A stretch of 62,707 nt of DNA, counting the filler, from Pseudomonadota bacterium (lineage in GTDB: Bacteria; Bdellovibrionota_F; JAHFAK01; JBDREC01): assembly GCA_043820105.1 (NCBI GenBank). It is 4 parts of 4 records of this genome, joined end to end, with 100 filler letters (N's around TTAATTAATTAA, not from the genome) between each part and the next. Parts side by side here need not be neighbours in the genome. Positions count along the whole stretch, not along the records: positions 36,923 to 44,624 come from JBDREC010000082.1; positions 44,725 to 62,707 come from JBDREC010000085.1; 2 more parts are not named here. One strand, 5' to 3'. A program made the position numbers and the translations under genes. Below, in pieces: positions 36,923-49,092 of this stretch (its first letter is position 1; every line of letters starts with the position of its first letter). The notes under the pieces were generated by a model that did no database searches, was not told where the DNA came from, and saw only the letters and a program-made list of their open reading frames with translations.

Positions 36923-39900
36923 TTCAAAGTCACTGTCCCAGATACAAGTGGTTGCTGGGGAATAACTTTCTGTTTCGTCCATTTCAATCCAATAACCTCT
37001 TCCTGCATACATTCTCATGAATGGTTGGTCAATTGGATCAATAATACATGCGTTAATTCCAACCCATGCATCATTATGGTTTCCGCAGTTAATATAACTC
37101 CATAAACCACTCCATTTAGGGAATCCTTGTTCTGTATTAACTAATGAATTCAATGCACAATACGCCTTGTCTCCATAAACATAGTTTTCTGGGAAATCCC
37201 ATCCACCGCATTGTGATTCATAGTCATACATATAGTTGTATAATTCCCAACTTGCACCATAATAACCTATTAAGTTCCATCCTGCTGCCATTGGTTTGCT
37301 TGGTGGGCCTTGTGGTCCTGTTGGCATCAAGCTTCCTCCTAAAGTTATTATTAAATTGTCCTGGTTAGAATATACCCAATAACCCCAACCTGGCTCAATG
37401 TGCTCTAAGTCATTTGTTCCAGGCACTCCGTTTGGCCTGTAAACATACCAATGATCTGCTACTCCATCATAAGTCCAAACTGAATCAATGTGTTCATTTA
37501 CATCAGCAAAGACTACTGCAGGATCATCATTGAATAATCTAAATGGAACTGAAATTAAATTCCATTTGCTGTTCAAAAGCAAATCAAAGTTTGCTCCTTC
37601 AACTTTAATTAATTCAATGTCTGTTTCGCCTCTGTTTCCCAATGCATCTTCACAATAATACTCTAATTGGTGCATTGAATCTTCACCAAAGTATATTGTA
37701 GTTCCTGCATCAATACAAGTCCAATCCTGAACTAAGTATTCTGGTGTATCTCCATCCAAAAAATACCTATAACATGCCTGAGAATGATTTACCGGATGTG
37801 GCTGACCGTCTTCACAACTTAAAGTGATTGGAGTCAACTGTGTTATTTTCCATTCCCATTCTGCTTGAATGATTCCATCTTCTGTTGTAAAAGGCTGGAA
37901 ACAATCAATTCCTTCAGTGCATTCAGTTTTTGGATCTCCGATTGTTTTAATTCCTGTTGGAGGTGTATGATCCACAAACACACATTGCTTATGCAAAATA
38001 TCTTTTTGGACATTGTCAACTGAATAGACTTCTATCAAATGACAGGATTCTTCTGTAATACTGATTTCACTTTCATCTGTTAATTCAGTCCAATTTCCTG
38101 TCCCTTCTGTTGTTTCACAAACAGTTGTGTCCCAACAAGCTCCATCATCAACTAAAGAAATTCTGTATTCAGTATAGTCAACTCCTGAAGGATGTGGTTG
38201 CGGGTCTTCAGCTTCAATACTTATTTCAGTACCAAAACTAATCCATTCTACTCCATTTTCTTCATAAAATGGCTTACTATATTCTTTTGTTATTACTGGT
38301 GCTTTTTTGTCTACAAAAACACATTCATATTGCATATCTTCTGTATTGCCTAATGCATCCACTGAATAATACTGTATTACATGACATGATTCTTCTGGAA
38401 TACCAAATGCACCGTCATATACTTCCATTCCAATATCAACCGAATGGCATGCTTCTGTATCCCAACAGGCATCGTCATCTAATAATGCATATCCATAATA
38501 AGTTGTTATTCCACCAACTGCACAAATTGGTCCGCCATCTGTTGCGGTTAAACCAATTGTTGAAGCAGTGTCAATCCAACGGACATCCTCTTCTTCATAA
38601 ATTGGACCAAGATATTCATGTGTTGTAGTTGGTGCAACTGAATCTACTTTAAAGATTTCATAGTCTGTTGTTGTTTCAGTGTTTCCTAAACCATCTTTAC
38701 AATAGAATTCAAAGTCATGCACTGAGTCTTCCTGGAAAGTTAAAGTATAAGATCCATCTCCAACACCCACACAACAATAATCTCCTTCCATTGTTCCTCC
38801 AAATTCACTACAATATTGGTCTGTTAACCATGGAGTGTCTGGATCATCAAATGAAACTTTGTAACATGCTGTTTCCTGTTGTACTGGATGAGGTGTCTGG
38901 TCTTCACAATCAATTGTTACTTCTGTTACATGATCTCTAACCCACCAGCAATCCGGCGCTCCTGGTTCAGTTTCAATCAAACATTGCGCTGAACAACCAT
39001 CTCCGTCTTCTTGGTTTCCATCATCGCATTCTTCTCCTGGTTCAATTATTCCATTACCACATAAAATTGGTTCTGGGCCTTCTACGAAACAGGATAAAGG
39101 AACTGCAATCAAAATTGTGTCTAATGCTGAATCTCCTGAATCTGCAACTCTTAATTCAACATTTTGTCCTTGGGCTAAAGTTGCTAAAGTAACTGTTCCT
39201 GTTCCTTCAGTTGTTGGGCCATAAGGAATCATCACTACATTATCATAAGGAGCTTCATTATCTGATTCCCAATCCAAAATTGAAACATCAATTATTCCAC
39301 CAATTCTCATCCAGTCAGTATAAATGGAATAATAATAGTGTGGGAATTCAGCTGAAGCTGCCAAAACAACACTGTTTCCTAATGGGGTAAATGGCAAGTC
39401 AACACAGTCATTTGTTGAATAACCATCTGGATTATTTCCACACCCCATATTTCCCATAGATGAATCCAAATCAGTGTCTGCATCCAATGGATTCCCTGAA
39501 GACAAAATTAAAATGTCTCCACAACCTTCTTCCATTAATGTCGGGTCAACTCCTTGTGCCAATAAAATATCTTCTGCAAACAATGGCAATGTATTTGAAG
39601 GCACATAAGCACATTGTTCTGGTTGTGTTGCTGAATCACAAACATTTACTACTGTCATTAATTTTGGGGTTTCTGTTTCAACAAACACATCAGGAATTCT
39701 TTCTTCTCCTGAAAAATCAAGAAGTTTTACTCCTGATCCGCCTGTAAGGAATAATGGTGAGTCAACTGAACAAGTTAATTTTGGTTCTCCGATTGTTTTG
39801 ATTCCAACTGGAGCCAAATTATCTACAAAAACACATTGTGAATTTGTTTGTTCAATAGTTCCAAACAAGTCCTCTGCATAGAATTCAATATAATGACAAG

Positions 39901-42745
39901 AGTCTTCTGCAATAGTAAATTGTGTTGTGTCACTCATTACTTCAGTGAAATCTCCTCCACCTATTGCTTTACATGTTTCCACACAGTCCTGATCAGCCAT
40001 GTCTTCAAGCAAAGTTACTCTATACTTAATCTGTTTTACTCCGACTTTTTCATCTTTAGCAGTCAAAGTAATTGGTGTTGCTGAAGTAATCCATCTGTAG
40101 TCTCCTGAAACTTCTGTTGGTTCGCCGTAAGTTTTTGTTGTTTCAGGAGGAGTTAAATCCACTAAGAAATCCTCGCTTTCCACTACCATATTTCCAAGTG
40201 CATCTACACAATTCAAAGCTATCTTGTGTTTTGAATCTTCCTCAAAGAATACTTGCATACCCTCTTCACCGAAATCTCCATCGTCAACCAAACACCAAGT
40301 GCTTCCTCCATAAACTCCATAATAGTCATAACCTAAATCATTGCATTCCTGTTGGGTAAATCCTTCCCCCCAAAAAATTTTATAGCTACAAGTTACTTGG
40401 TCAACATTGCATCCCATGTCTGTTGGGTCAGGGTCATAAACTGCAATATCTACCCCGCCATTAGCTGCAACATAACATTTTTCATCACTTGAAGCTTTTG
40501 GAGGACATTTCCCCATCCAATCAATATCTTCATCTCCAATCATTGTTTTTTCAATAACCGGGGCTGTTCCGTCTACTCTGAAATATTCTAAATCTATTTC
40601 ACTTTCGCTTCCTAAAGCATCTCTGCAATAATATTCTAAATCATGCATTGATTCTTCAGTGAAAACAAAGCTATAATTATTTTTTGAAACATCTGCACAA
40701 CAATAATCGCCTTCCATTGTGCCGCTGTTTGCATTACAATATTGTTCTGTTAACCAAGGAGTTGCCGGGTCATCAAAAGAAATTTTATAACAAACTTCTT
40801 CTTGACCTACTGGGTGAGGTAATTGGTCTTCACAACTTAAAGTAATAGGGGTTACATTCTCTTTTACCCAGACTGGCTGTGTTTTATCTATTGTCCAGTC
40901 TAATCCAGTTGTTTCCATTAAAACTGGAGGATAATTGCTTCCTCCTGGGACATCAGCTGCTTCTTTTACTATAAAGCCAGCTCCAAAATCATGTGCTGGG
41001 CCTATTCCATAATGTCCGTTTGGCATAAGCAAGAAATAAGTTTTTATATAGTCACCGGAAGCATCTGTTGTTGCTTTCATGTCAAAATTCCAGAATCCTT
41101 CATTTCCTGTTCCGCCGTTCCAATAACCGCATTCCCAGGCATATTCATAACCTGATTTTGGTCCATTTGGATTTGCACAATTATTACCTAATTCATCATT
41201 TCCGTCATTTCCTTCTCTTCCATTAAGAGTTAACTGATAATCTGTATTTGATTTTAATCCTGTCATTTTAACTGAAATCTTTAAAAAAGGACCAAAATTT
41301 TCGTAAGCTAATTTTCCTTCAGGAAGTGAATTATAACCAATGTCAGCTAAAGCTGCTGGCAAAGTATCATAACAAGTCCACTTACTATCAGCATCTTTAT
41401 AACAAAGATTATCTGTTTCTTCACTTGAGTTTTCATAATATGAAGGGTCTCCAACTTCTTTTGTTCCAATTGGAGGTTTATCTTCAACAAAGAAACATTG
41501 TGTTTGCATGTTTTCAATATTACCTAATGCATCAACACTATAATATTGTAAGATATGGCATGATTCTTCGTTTTTAGTAAAAGGATCTAAATAAGTTTGC
41601 CAATTACAAACTGGAGGACACCCATCCCCACATTTATCTGGCAAATGTTTGCAGATTGGCTGACAATAATCTACTGGGTTTTCACAATAACTGTCATCAA
41701 CAACTTCATCATAATAATAAGTTGTTGTTCCATCAACATGACAAATGTCTCCGCCATCTTTAACATCTAAATTAATTAAAGTGTCATTTGTTTTAATCCA
41801 ATGCTGTGGTCCTGAATCAAAATCATCTGGGAACTGAGGACCATCAAAAGTTTTAGTTGTTGTTGGAGGGGTATCGTCAACTTTGTCTGTTTCAGTTATA
41901 ACTGTTTTATTTCCTACAACATCATAACATTCAATTTCAATATAATGTTCTGAATCTTCGTCAAAAGAAAAATCAAATGAAACACTTCCGTCTGCATAAT
42001 AAGGCATCCATTCACTTGGAGTTCCGTCATCTAAAGTATATCTCCATTGACAATAATCTAATCCTAAATTACATTCATCCTGATTTTCATAAGCTAAAAC
42101 ATCAATTACTGTGTCTTGAGTAATCCAATAATTGCATGCTTGATTGTCTGTTCCTTGGAAAGGACCTAAATCACAAGCTGGATCGCTCATAAGTATTTGG
42201 GGGGTTCCCACAATTTTTTCTACAACAGGGTCAACACAATCAATACTTACATTCAATGGGGAAGTGTCTCTGTCTCCTTCTGGTTGAGCATCATCAACTG
42301 TTGCAACAGTAAAAAAACTTCCACAAGCTTCTGTTGAAGTTATAGTTGCACTAAAAGTAAAATTAAGTGAATCTCCATAGTCAATCTTATATGCACTATC
42401 CAATTGTGTAACATAAATACATCTGTCTCCTAATGGCCACGGAAGGTATGTCCATCCATCTGGCTCAGCACCACAAGTAAAAGAACCTAAATCAATTCCA
42501 GTACTTGGTCTAGGAATTTCAACCTGCATTATACTATCGCCTTCTACTGGTCCGTTGTTCAAAACATTTATTGTAAAAACAGTAGAATCACCGGCAATGT
42601 CACAACTTGCCATATCAGGATCGATTGTAACTACTGCTTCATGCGCAGCAAAAGCCATTGTTGCAAATAGAATTGTGAAGATGAAAAGAAGTGAAAGTTT
42701 TCCTCCTAAAGTTGATAAAAAAGTTTGATTATTTATTCCGATCAT
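36923..42745 (-). CDS. Giant Cys/Asp-rich surface protein with Ig-like repeats, 3'-truncated
   Basis: Signal peptide; repeated (E/D)SxH..EYY..D.LGN.E and D..PP...K units; CGNG..EPGEECDDGN..DGDGCS repeat; WNLISVP/GWNLIG motifs. Confidence 0.85.
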
Positions 42746-42950
42746 TAAATCCCCCCTTAAATGATTAAAATTTTTTTTTATTTTATTAAAAAAATGTTTG
42801 CTGTTAATAATTGAGCAGTATTTATTTAAATACTTTAAGTTTTAGTCAAAAAAGTTATGTTGAAGTTATTGGGTTTGTTTTCACTGAAGAGTTTAAAAAC
42901 ATTTTTCAGATTGGATATATTATATATTAGAGTTAAAGGTTGGTTTTTGA

Positions 42951-43226
42951 GTGGAAAAAGGTTTTGCTGAAGCAGAAATCCTGACTAAACTGTCTCCTTT
43001 ACAGCAAAAAATCGTTATTGAATTAAAGTCAGGGCCATTAACCTTGAATGAAATAAGCGAAAGGACTAATTCAAGTATTTATACAATAGGAAAACAGCTT
43101 TCTTTGCTTCAGGGAAGAACTAAATGCAATCACCTGAAAAAAAAAGGGATTGAATGCCCTTTAATAAAAAAAGTCAAAGAAGAAAAAATAAAAACAACTT
43201 ATTTGCTGGCATTAAATAAATTCTGA
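42951..43226 (+). CDS. Small winged-helix transcription regulator
   Basis: LSPLQQKIVIELKSGPLTLNEISERTNSSIYTIGKQLSLL HTH pattern. Confidence 0.7.
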   Translation: MEKGFAEAEILTKLSPLQQKIVIELKSGPLTLNEISERTNSSIYTIGKQLSLLQGRTKCNHLKKKGIECPLIKKVKEEKIKTTYLLALNKF

Positions 43227-44413
43227 TTTTTTTCAAGCAGCCATTTCTTTATGTTAATTAAGCATATTTCAATATTTTTTTGTGTTATTTTCTTTGTTTT
43301 GCCTGTGTATAATATTGTTGCCTTTTCTGTTTTGGTTTTTTTGCAGAATTCTATTATGCTTTCCTGTTCCCTTACAGGAAGCTTAACAGAATAGCATACA
43401 TTAATAGGATTTATTTTTGTTTTTTTCTTTGCTATAAAATCCACTTCCTGGACGCTTTTCCAGTAATACAATTCATTTTGCCTGTGCTTTAATTCTATTG
43501 CAACTGCGGATTCTGCCAATCTGCCTTTATCTTCTGTAAATGATTTCGAAGCATATTGCTGCATACCCAAATCAAAAGCATAAATTTTTCTCGGTTTTGC
43601 CAGCGACTCTTTCATAGAATAAGAAAAAAAAGGAACCTGAAACACCAAAAAAGCAGTTTCCAGATACTCTAAAAACTGCCTTATTGAATCATAAGACAAA
43701 CCAAGCGCAACCCGTATTTTTTTTAAGCTTATTTGCTTGCCTGAATTAGTCAATAAATAAAAAGCAAAATTTCTTAATGCAGCAGAATCCCTTACATTAT
43801 ATCTGGTTATTATATCCTTTATCAATGCAAGCTCAAAATAAGATTCCAGCAGTTTTTCTTTTTTTTTCGGATTAAGCACTACTTCAGGATAACCTCCTGT
43901 TAATAAATAATCATCAAGCCCTTTTTTTGTTATTCTGTGAAATTCACTAAACGAAAACGGCAGTATCTGAAAACCAATGCCTCTGCCCCCAAGCGAAGAA
44001 GCAAACTCACTGCTTAATAATTTTGCAGAAGACCCAGTTACTATTACCTGGCATTGCCTTGTATCAACTGCCTTTCTAACCCATTTTTCCCATCCTGAAA
44101 TAAGCTGGACTTCATCAAATACAATTGTGTCATTCACTGAAAGGCCTTCAGCAAAAGAATCCATAAGCGAAGTATTCAGCAAATTTACAAGTTTCGGGTC
44201 CTCCAAATTAACATATCTTTTTTTAGTGTTTTTTGGCAGTCTTTCCAGCAGCCGCCTTGCAACAACAGACTTGCCTGCCCTTCTTGGCCCAAACAAAAAA
44301 ACAACATTTTTACTGCCAACATAAGGCAAAATTTCATCCTCAACATTTCTTTTGAATGTTTTTTCCCTTAAAGCCCACTTATCCAAAAGCTCTTTAAAAT
44401 CCCCTGAAAGCAT
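43199..44413 (-). CDS. AAA+ ATPase (AAA_14 / DUF4143 family)
   Basis: GPRRAGKS, VFDEVQ, TGSS, GGYPE, EVDF. Confidence 0.92.
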   Translation of the reverse strand: MLSGDFKELLDKWALREKTFKRNVEDEILPYVGSKNVVFLFGPRRAGKSVVARRLLERLPKNTKKRYVNLEDPKLVNLLNTSLMDSFAEGLSVNDTIVFDEVQLISGWEKWVRKAVDTRQCQVIVTGSSAKLLSSEFASSLGGRGIGFQILPFSFSEFHRITKKGLDDYLLTGGYPEVVLNPKKKEKLLESYFELALIKDIITRYNVRDSAALRNFAFYLLTNSGKQISLKKIRVALGLSYDSIRQFLEYLETAFLVFQVPFFSYSMKESLAKPRKIYAFDLGMQQYASKSFTEDKGRLAESAVAIELKHRQNELYYWKSVQEVDFIAKKKTKINPINVCYSVKLPVREQESIIEFCKKTKTEKATILYTGKTKKITQKNIEICLINIKKWLLEKNQNLFNASK

Positions 44414-44443
44414 GAAAAAATAAGGAACAAAAACATATATAAG

Positions 44444-44465
44444 GGGTTACGTTATAACGTAACCC
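44444..44465. promoter_or_regulatory. Perfect 22-bp palindrome, probable operator
   Basis: GGGTTACGTTATAACGTAACCC next to a TATA-like TTATATA of the ATPase gene. Confidence 0.7.
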
Positions 44466-44624
44466 TATTTAAATGGCGGATTTATAAAATTTGGTTTAAA
44501 GAACGAATTGGTTTTTTGTCAGATTGCTTCTTTAATTTGCTAAAAGCCGGTTACACATACAGGGAAATTATTTGAAAAAGTTTCCCTCTATAAAATTCTT
44601 GTTGCTTTTGGATAAAAACGACTT

Positions 44625-44724
44625 NNNNNNNNNNNNNNNNNNNNNNNNNNNNNNNNNNNNNNNNNNNNTTAATTAATTAANNNNNNNNNNNNNNNNNNNN
44701 NNNNNNNNNNNNNNNNNNNNNNNN
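44625..44724. other. Artificial contig linker
   Basis: N-run with TTAATTAATTAA. Confidence 0.99.
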
Positions 44725-44898
44725 GAGAGGTGCATAAAGCCTCTCCCTTTGTTTTAAATTAAAAATATCGCTTCCTCCAATGCCTTAAAAAACCTTTACT
44801 ACTGTCCACTTCCCTTATCGTTTAGTTTAAGTTGTAAATAATTTTATTGGTTCAATAAAATGTAAGATCTATTGTTCAAGATAATGTGTAAGGGGACA
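44725..44898 (+). mobile_element. Second copy of the IS right end
   Basis: Near-identical to 7234-7407. Confidence 0.88.
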
Positions 44899-45293
44899 GG
44901 CAATCTTCGTCATCGGACTCAGAATATAGGCAGGGTGGAGAAATTGGCTTTGATTGGTTTTTTAAAAGGAAAAATAGTATGACAGCTTCGTATTCCTTAA
45001 CGTATGATAAAAGTGGGAATGCAGATGATATTGGACAAATAGGTGATTTTGGAGGTGATTATGAATCACAGAAGATTGAATCAGAATTTAACTTTTTAAG
45101 AAACAAACTGACAATATTATATTCACATAGATTTAATAATAGTTTTTCTCTTTATTCAATTTATATAAAATATAGTGTAATATATGCTTTGAATTTAAAT
45201 CTAAAATATATATTTAGAATGAACCGGTCAAATATTGACACAGATGATTACTATGATCATATCTTTCTTTTGGGAATGGAATATGACTTTTAA
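44899..45293 (+). pseudogene. 3' part of an IS-interrupted probable outer-membrane beta-barrel gene
   Basis: Frame is open from the IS end (QSSSSDSEYRQGGEIGFDWFF...) to C-terminal LGMEYDF beta-signal. Confidence 0.6.
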
Positions 45294-45336
45294 AAAAAAA
45301 CAAGCTTCTGTATATGTTTTTGTTTATATAGAAAAA

Positions 45337-46299
45337 TCAGGGTTTAATTTCATCTTCTATAATACTAACAATTAAGTGAGATATTTCCCACAGGCTTTTA
45401 ACGCTGATTTTGTCAATGGTATCTGCCATTGTATGCCAGTATTCATAATCAAAATCTATTAAATCAATACAGGGGAAGCCCTTTTTAAGCATTGGAACAT
45501 GGTCATCAATCACAGAGTGTTTTGTATAATTAAAAAAAGCTTTAAGCTTTAAAGCCCTGGCTTTGTTAAAAACATAATCATTGTATTTTTTTGCATACAT
45601 TTCAGAAAACTGTTCTCTATAAATATTTAGATTTTCTTCTCCTACCATATCAATTAAAATTCCGAATTCATAATCTTTAAAATCAAAAGTTTCTGCAAAA
45701 TAAGTGCTTCCTAAAACCCAGTTTTCGCCATCTTTTCCCATGTCTTCGCCATCAAAAAAAACAAAGGCAATTTTTCTGTTAAATTTAATTTTATCAATGT
45801 TTTTTATAAGTGACATTAATAAAGCTGTTCCAGACAAGCCATCATTAGCTCCAATTATGGGTTTCTTATGGTTTTTTGGGTCAGGATCATTGTCAGCCCA
45901 GGGTCTTGAATCCCAGTGTGTGCAAAATATCAAACCTTTTTTGTTTGTTTTTATTTTAGGTTCAAAAACTGATATTAAATTGAAAAATGAAAAAGCTTTA
46001 TTATAAACAGTTTGATCAAATTTTTGGATATAACTTTTTTTATTATATTTTTGCAGTTCTTTTAATAAGTAGTTTTTAAATTCAATTTGTCCTTTTGATC
46101 CCGGATATCGGACACCAATTTTTGCCATTTCTTTTATGTATTTGTAGGCATCTCCCGCGCAGTTGGTTTTAGCTTGAAGCTTGAAGCTTGTAGCTTGTAG
46201 CTGGTAGCTGGTAGCTTGTAGGAATATTAAAACACATACAAGCATTAACTTTTCAAGACATATCTTTGTGCTTATATTCCCTTGTTCCCTTGTTCTCAT
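45337..46299 (-). CDS. M28 peptidase / glutaminyl cyclase-like protein (true start uncertain)
   Basis: HWDSRP, GANDG, FDGED, DDH, WHT. Confidence 0.9.
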   Translation of the reverse strand: MRTREQGNISTKICLEKLMLVCVLIFLQATSYQLQATSFKLQAKTNCAGDAYKYIKEMAKIGVRYPGSKGQIEFKNYLLKELQKYNKKSYIQKFDQTVYNKAFSFFNLISVFEPKIKTNKKGLIFCTHWDSRPWADNDPDPKNHKKPIIGANDGLSGTALLMSLIKNIDKIKFNRKIAFVFFDGEDMGKDGENWVLGSTYFAETFDFKDYEFGILIDMVGEENLNIYREQFSEMYAKKYNDYVFNKARALKLKAFFNYTKHSVIDDHVPMLKKGFPCIDLIDFDYEYWHTMADTIDKISVKSLWEISHLIVSIIEDEIKP

Positions 46300-46423
46300 G
46301 CTCTCTTGTTCCTGCCATTATGCTGAATTTAACTCTAAATTAAACTATTGTTTTATACCTTTTTTGTCAATTAGACATTGTTTTTTTATGCTCTCTTCGT
46401 TATAAGCATCTTTTATATATAGT

Positions 46424-48616
46424 TTGAGTTTTTATTCTATGAAAAAATATTTTATGCTTTTAATAATATTTTGTTTATGCTTTTTATTTTCTTGTTCTTC
46501 AAAAAGAAAGCTGTCTTCAGATGATATTTTTAAAACCTATTGGGAAGACAGGGGATATTTTGATGTAAATCCACCTATTGAAAGCACTGAGGAAATTATA
46601 AAGCACAATGAACTTAGAAAACTTGTTGAAATTATCAAGCCTCTTTCAGAATCTTTAGATCCAAATGAACAATTTATCTATGCTCTTATTCTTAAAAAAA
46701 TTGGTGCTAAAGATGTTGAATATATTGATATATTCAAAAAGATTAAAGCTGAAGATGTGTTATTTCTTGATTTGATTTATCATTATTTGGGTGTATATCA
46801 TTTAGAGAAAAAAGAATATAATCTCGCTTATAGCTTTTTTTCCTTATTATTAGAAAAATGCAAAAATTCTTCTTTATTCTACGAAACAAGTTTTACAATA
46901 GCTGATATATTCTTAAAACTTGAACAAATAGATGCAGCAATAAAAATTTTAGAAGATTTGTTAATTCTTGAAGATGGAATGAGTGAAACAAAAAGTCGTG
47001 AAATTCAGATAAAAGTTTTTTCAAAATTATTACATATTTATAAGAAAAATCCAAAGGAAAATTCAGACTTAATTATTGCTATTTATACAAATATTTTCAG
47101 ACAAGATCCTGCCTGTTTTGTATCTAAAATTAAACTGGAAAACTATGACAATTTACCCAAGGATATAATTGAGTTTTTAAAAGAGGATGAAAAAATCGCA
47201 GATATTTATTTTGAAAACAGGGAATATCAAAATGCCATTTCATATTACGAAAGGGCTGAGAAAAAAATATCTAAAAAAGACTGTGCTATTAAAAGAGAGC
47301 TTATAAAGAAAATTGTAAAGTCTTATAAAATGTTATTTGATATTAATAAGCAGCTTGAATGGATTGGCAAAATAAATAAAACCTGTCCTGATATACAGTC
47401 ATATGAATGGGAAGCTCTTATTTACTTAAAACAAAAAGCTGACCTTAAGGCAATTGAGGTTTTAAAAAAGGCATATAATGAATTTCCAGAAATGCCTTTA
47501 ACAAGTGAGTTATTATACTTAATTGGCAGAACTTATTTAATTATGGGAAAATGGGAAGACGCAGCTTTTTATTTTAATAAAGTCATAAGTGAATTTGGAA
47601 TGAGTAGCTTCTATGAAATATCACGATATAGGTTGGGGCTAATTGAGCTAATTAAAAGACGATTTGATTATGCGCTATACCACTTTAAGATGCTTTTTGA
47701 CTCTAAAGATATTTACACTAATTTTGGTTCAAAATATTGGGCGAGCATTTCATTATTACACTTAAGCAGAGGCTATGAAGCGTATTTTTTAATTGATGAA
47801 ATTATTAAGAAAGATCCTTTTAATTACTACTCACTTCTATGTAATAAGTATGGCTTGGCAAGCTATGATTTGAATCTGAAAGACGGCTTTAAAACAAATA
47901 AGTTTATCAGAGATTTTTCTAAATTAAAACCAGAAGATAGGTTTTATTTAAAAAGAGGCAAATATTTTCTAAATTCAGGTTTTTTTACAGAAGCACAAAA
48001 AGAATTTCGAGAATTGTCCTTTAGATATACAAGAAATTTATCCTTTACTGAATATTTCGCGCTTTTAGCATATAATGCCAGGGATTATAATTATGCTTTT
48101 AGGATAATTGATCCATGGAATTGGTCGGAATTTTGGACTTATTTACAGTTTCCAAGGGCTTATTGGCAAGATGTTTATTTATCTTCTAGGAAATATAATA
48201 TTGATTCATTTCTTGTGCTTTCAATAATGAGACAAGAAAGTACGTTTAAAAAGGAGTCATACTCACAGGCAGCTGCAATTGGTTTGATGCAGTTGACTTC
48301 TCCAACAGCTCTGAAGATGGCTGACAAGAAACTATCTCTTGATGAACTTCAAGATACTGAGAATAATATAAAATTTGCTTCAAAGTATTTATCCAAATTA
48401 TCAAATGATTTTAAATCGAACTTGAATTATATCATTCCAGCATATAATGCTGGTGAAGATCTTGTTTTTCATTGGAAAAAGGGTTTATCTTTTGTTGATA
48501 ATGACCTGTTTGTCGAGCTAATTCCCTATGGTGAAACAAGACAATACACAAGAAAAGTTTTATCAAATTATTATACTTATAAAAACTTATATAAAGATTT
48601 TTATACAAATAAATAA
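46424..48616 (+). CDS. TPR-containing soluble lytic transglycosylase lipoprotein (Slt-like)
   Basis: Lipobox; RQES, AIGLMQL, AYNAG, ETRQY. Confidence 0.92.
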   Translation: MSFYSMKKYFMLLIIFCLCFLFSCSSKRKLSSDDIFKTYWEDRGYFDVNPPIESTEEIIKHNELRKLVEIIKPLSESLDPNEQFIYALILKKIGAKDVEYIDIFKKIKAEDVLFLDLIYHYLGVYHLEKKEYNLAYSFFSLLLEKCKNSSLFYETSFTIADIFLKLEQIDAAIKILEDLLILEDGMSETKSREIQIKVFSKLLHIYKKNPKENSDLIIAIYTNIFRQDPACFVSKIKLENYDNLPKDIIEFLKEDEKIADIYFENREYQNAISYYERAEKKISKKDCAIKRELIKKIVKSYKMLFDINKQLEWIGKINKTCPDIQSYEWEALIYLKQKADLKAIEVLKKAYNEFPEMPLTSELLYLIGRTYLIMGKWEDAAFYFNKVISEFGMSSFYEISRYRLGLIELIKRRFDYALYHFKMLFDSKDIYTNFGSKYWASISLLHLSRGYEAYFLIDEIIKKDPFNYYSLLCNKYGLASYDLNLKDGFKTNKFIRDFSKLKPEDRFYLKRGKYFLNSGFFTEAQKEFRELSFRYTRNLSFTEYFALLAYNARDYNYAFRIIDPWNWSEFWTYLQFPRAYWQDVYLSSRKYNIDSFLVLSIMRQESTFKKESYSQAAAIGLMQLTSPTALKMADKKLSLDELQDTENNIKFASKYLSKLSNDFKSNLNYIIPAYNAGEDLVFHWKKGLSFVDNDLFVELIPYGETRQYTRKVLSNYYTYKNLYKDFYTNK

Positions 48617-48718
48617 GATTTGTAGTTTTTTGTTTTAGCTTGACGATATTAATTTGTTAACATAAAATTTTCAGTTATATTTTTAACTCTTTCTTCTAAT
48701 ATTTAGGACAGGTTATAT

Positions 48719-49087
48719 ATGAAAAGAAAAATATTAATTGTGGAGGATGACAAAGATACTGCTAGGCTTTTAGACGTTATTGTAAAGTCTGCTGGATTTG
48801 AGTCTAAGATCGTGAATGACGGAGAAGAAGCCCTGGACATAATTGAGGAATATCACCCTGATTTGGTTTTACTTGATTTGATGATGCCAAAGGTTCATGG
48901 TTTTGCAGTATGCAAACAAATTAGAGACAATAGAAATTATGATGATATAAAAATTTTAATTGTGTCAGCCAAAAGCTTTACCGCTGATATGAAAAAAGCA
49001 GAAGAACTAGGGGCAAATGGCTATTTGACAAAGCCATTTAGAAAAGCGGAATTGATTGATGAAATGAATAAACTTCTTGGAGCTTAA
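48719..49087 (+). CDS. Single-domain response regulator
   Basis: IVEDD, DLMMP, KPF. Confidence 0.93.
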   Translation: MKRKILIVEDDKDTARLLDVIVKSAGFESKIVNDGEEALDIIEEYHPDLVLLDLMMPKVHGFAVCKQIRDNRNYDDIKILIVSAKSFTADMKKAEELGANGYLTKPFRKAELIDEMNKLLGA

Positions 49088-49092
49088 ATCTA

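Noticed and set aside
37144-41577. Short + strand ORFs opposite the giant gene, and similar nested ORFs elsewhere
   Set aside because: Antisense or alternate-frame shadows of long genes with no recognisable motifs.
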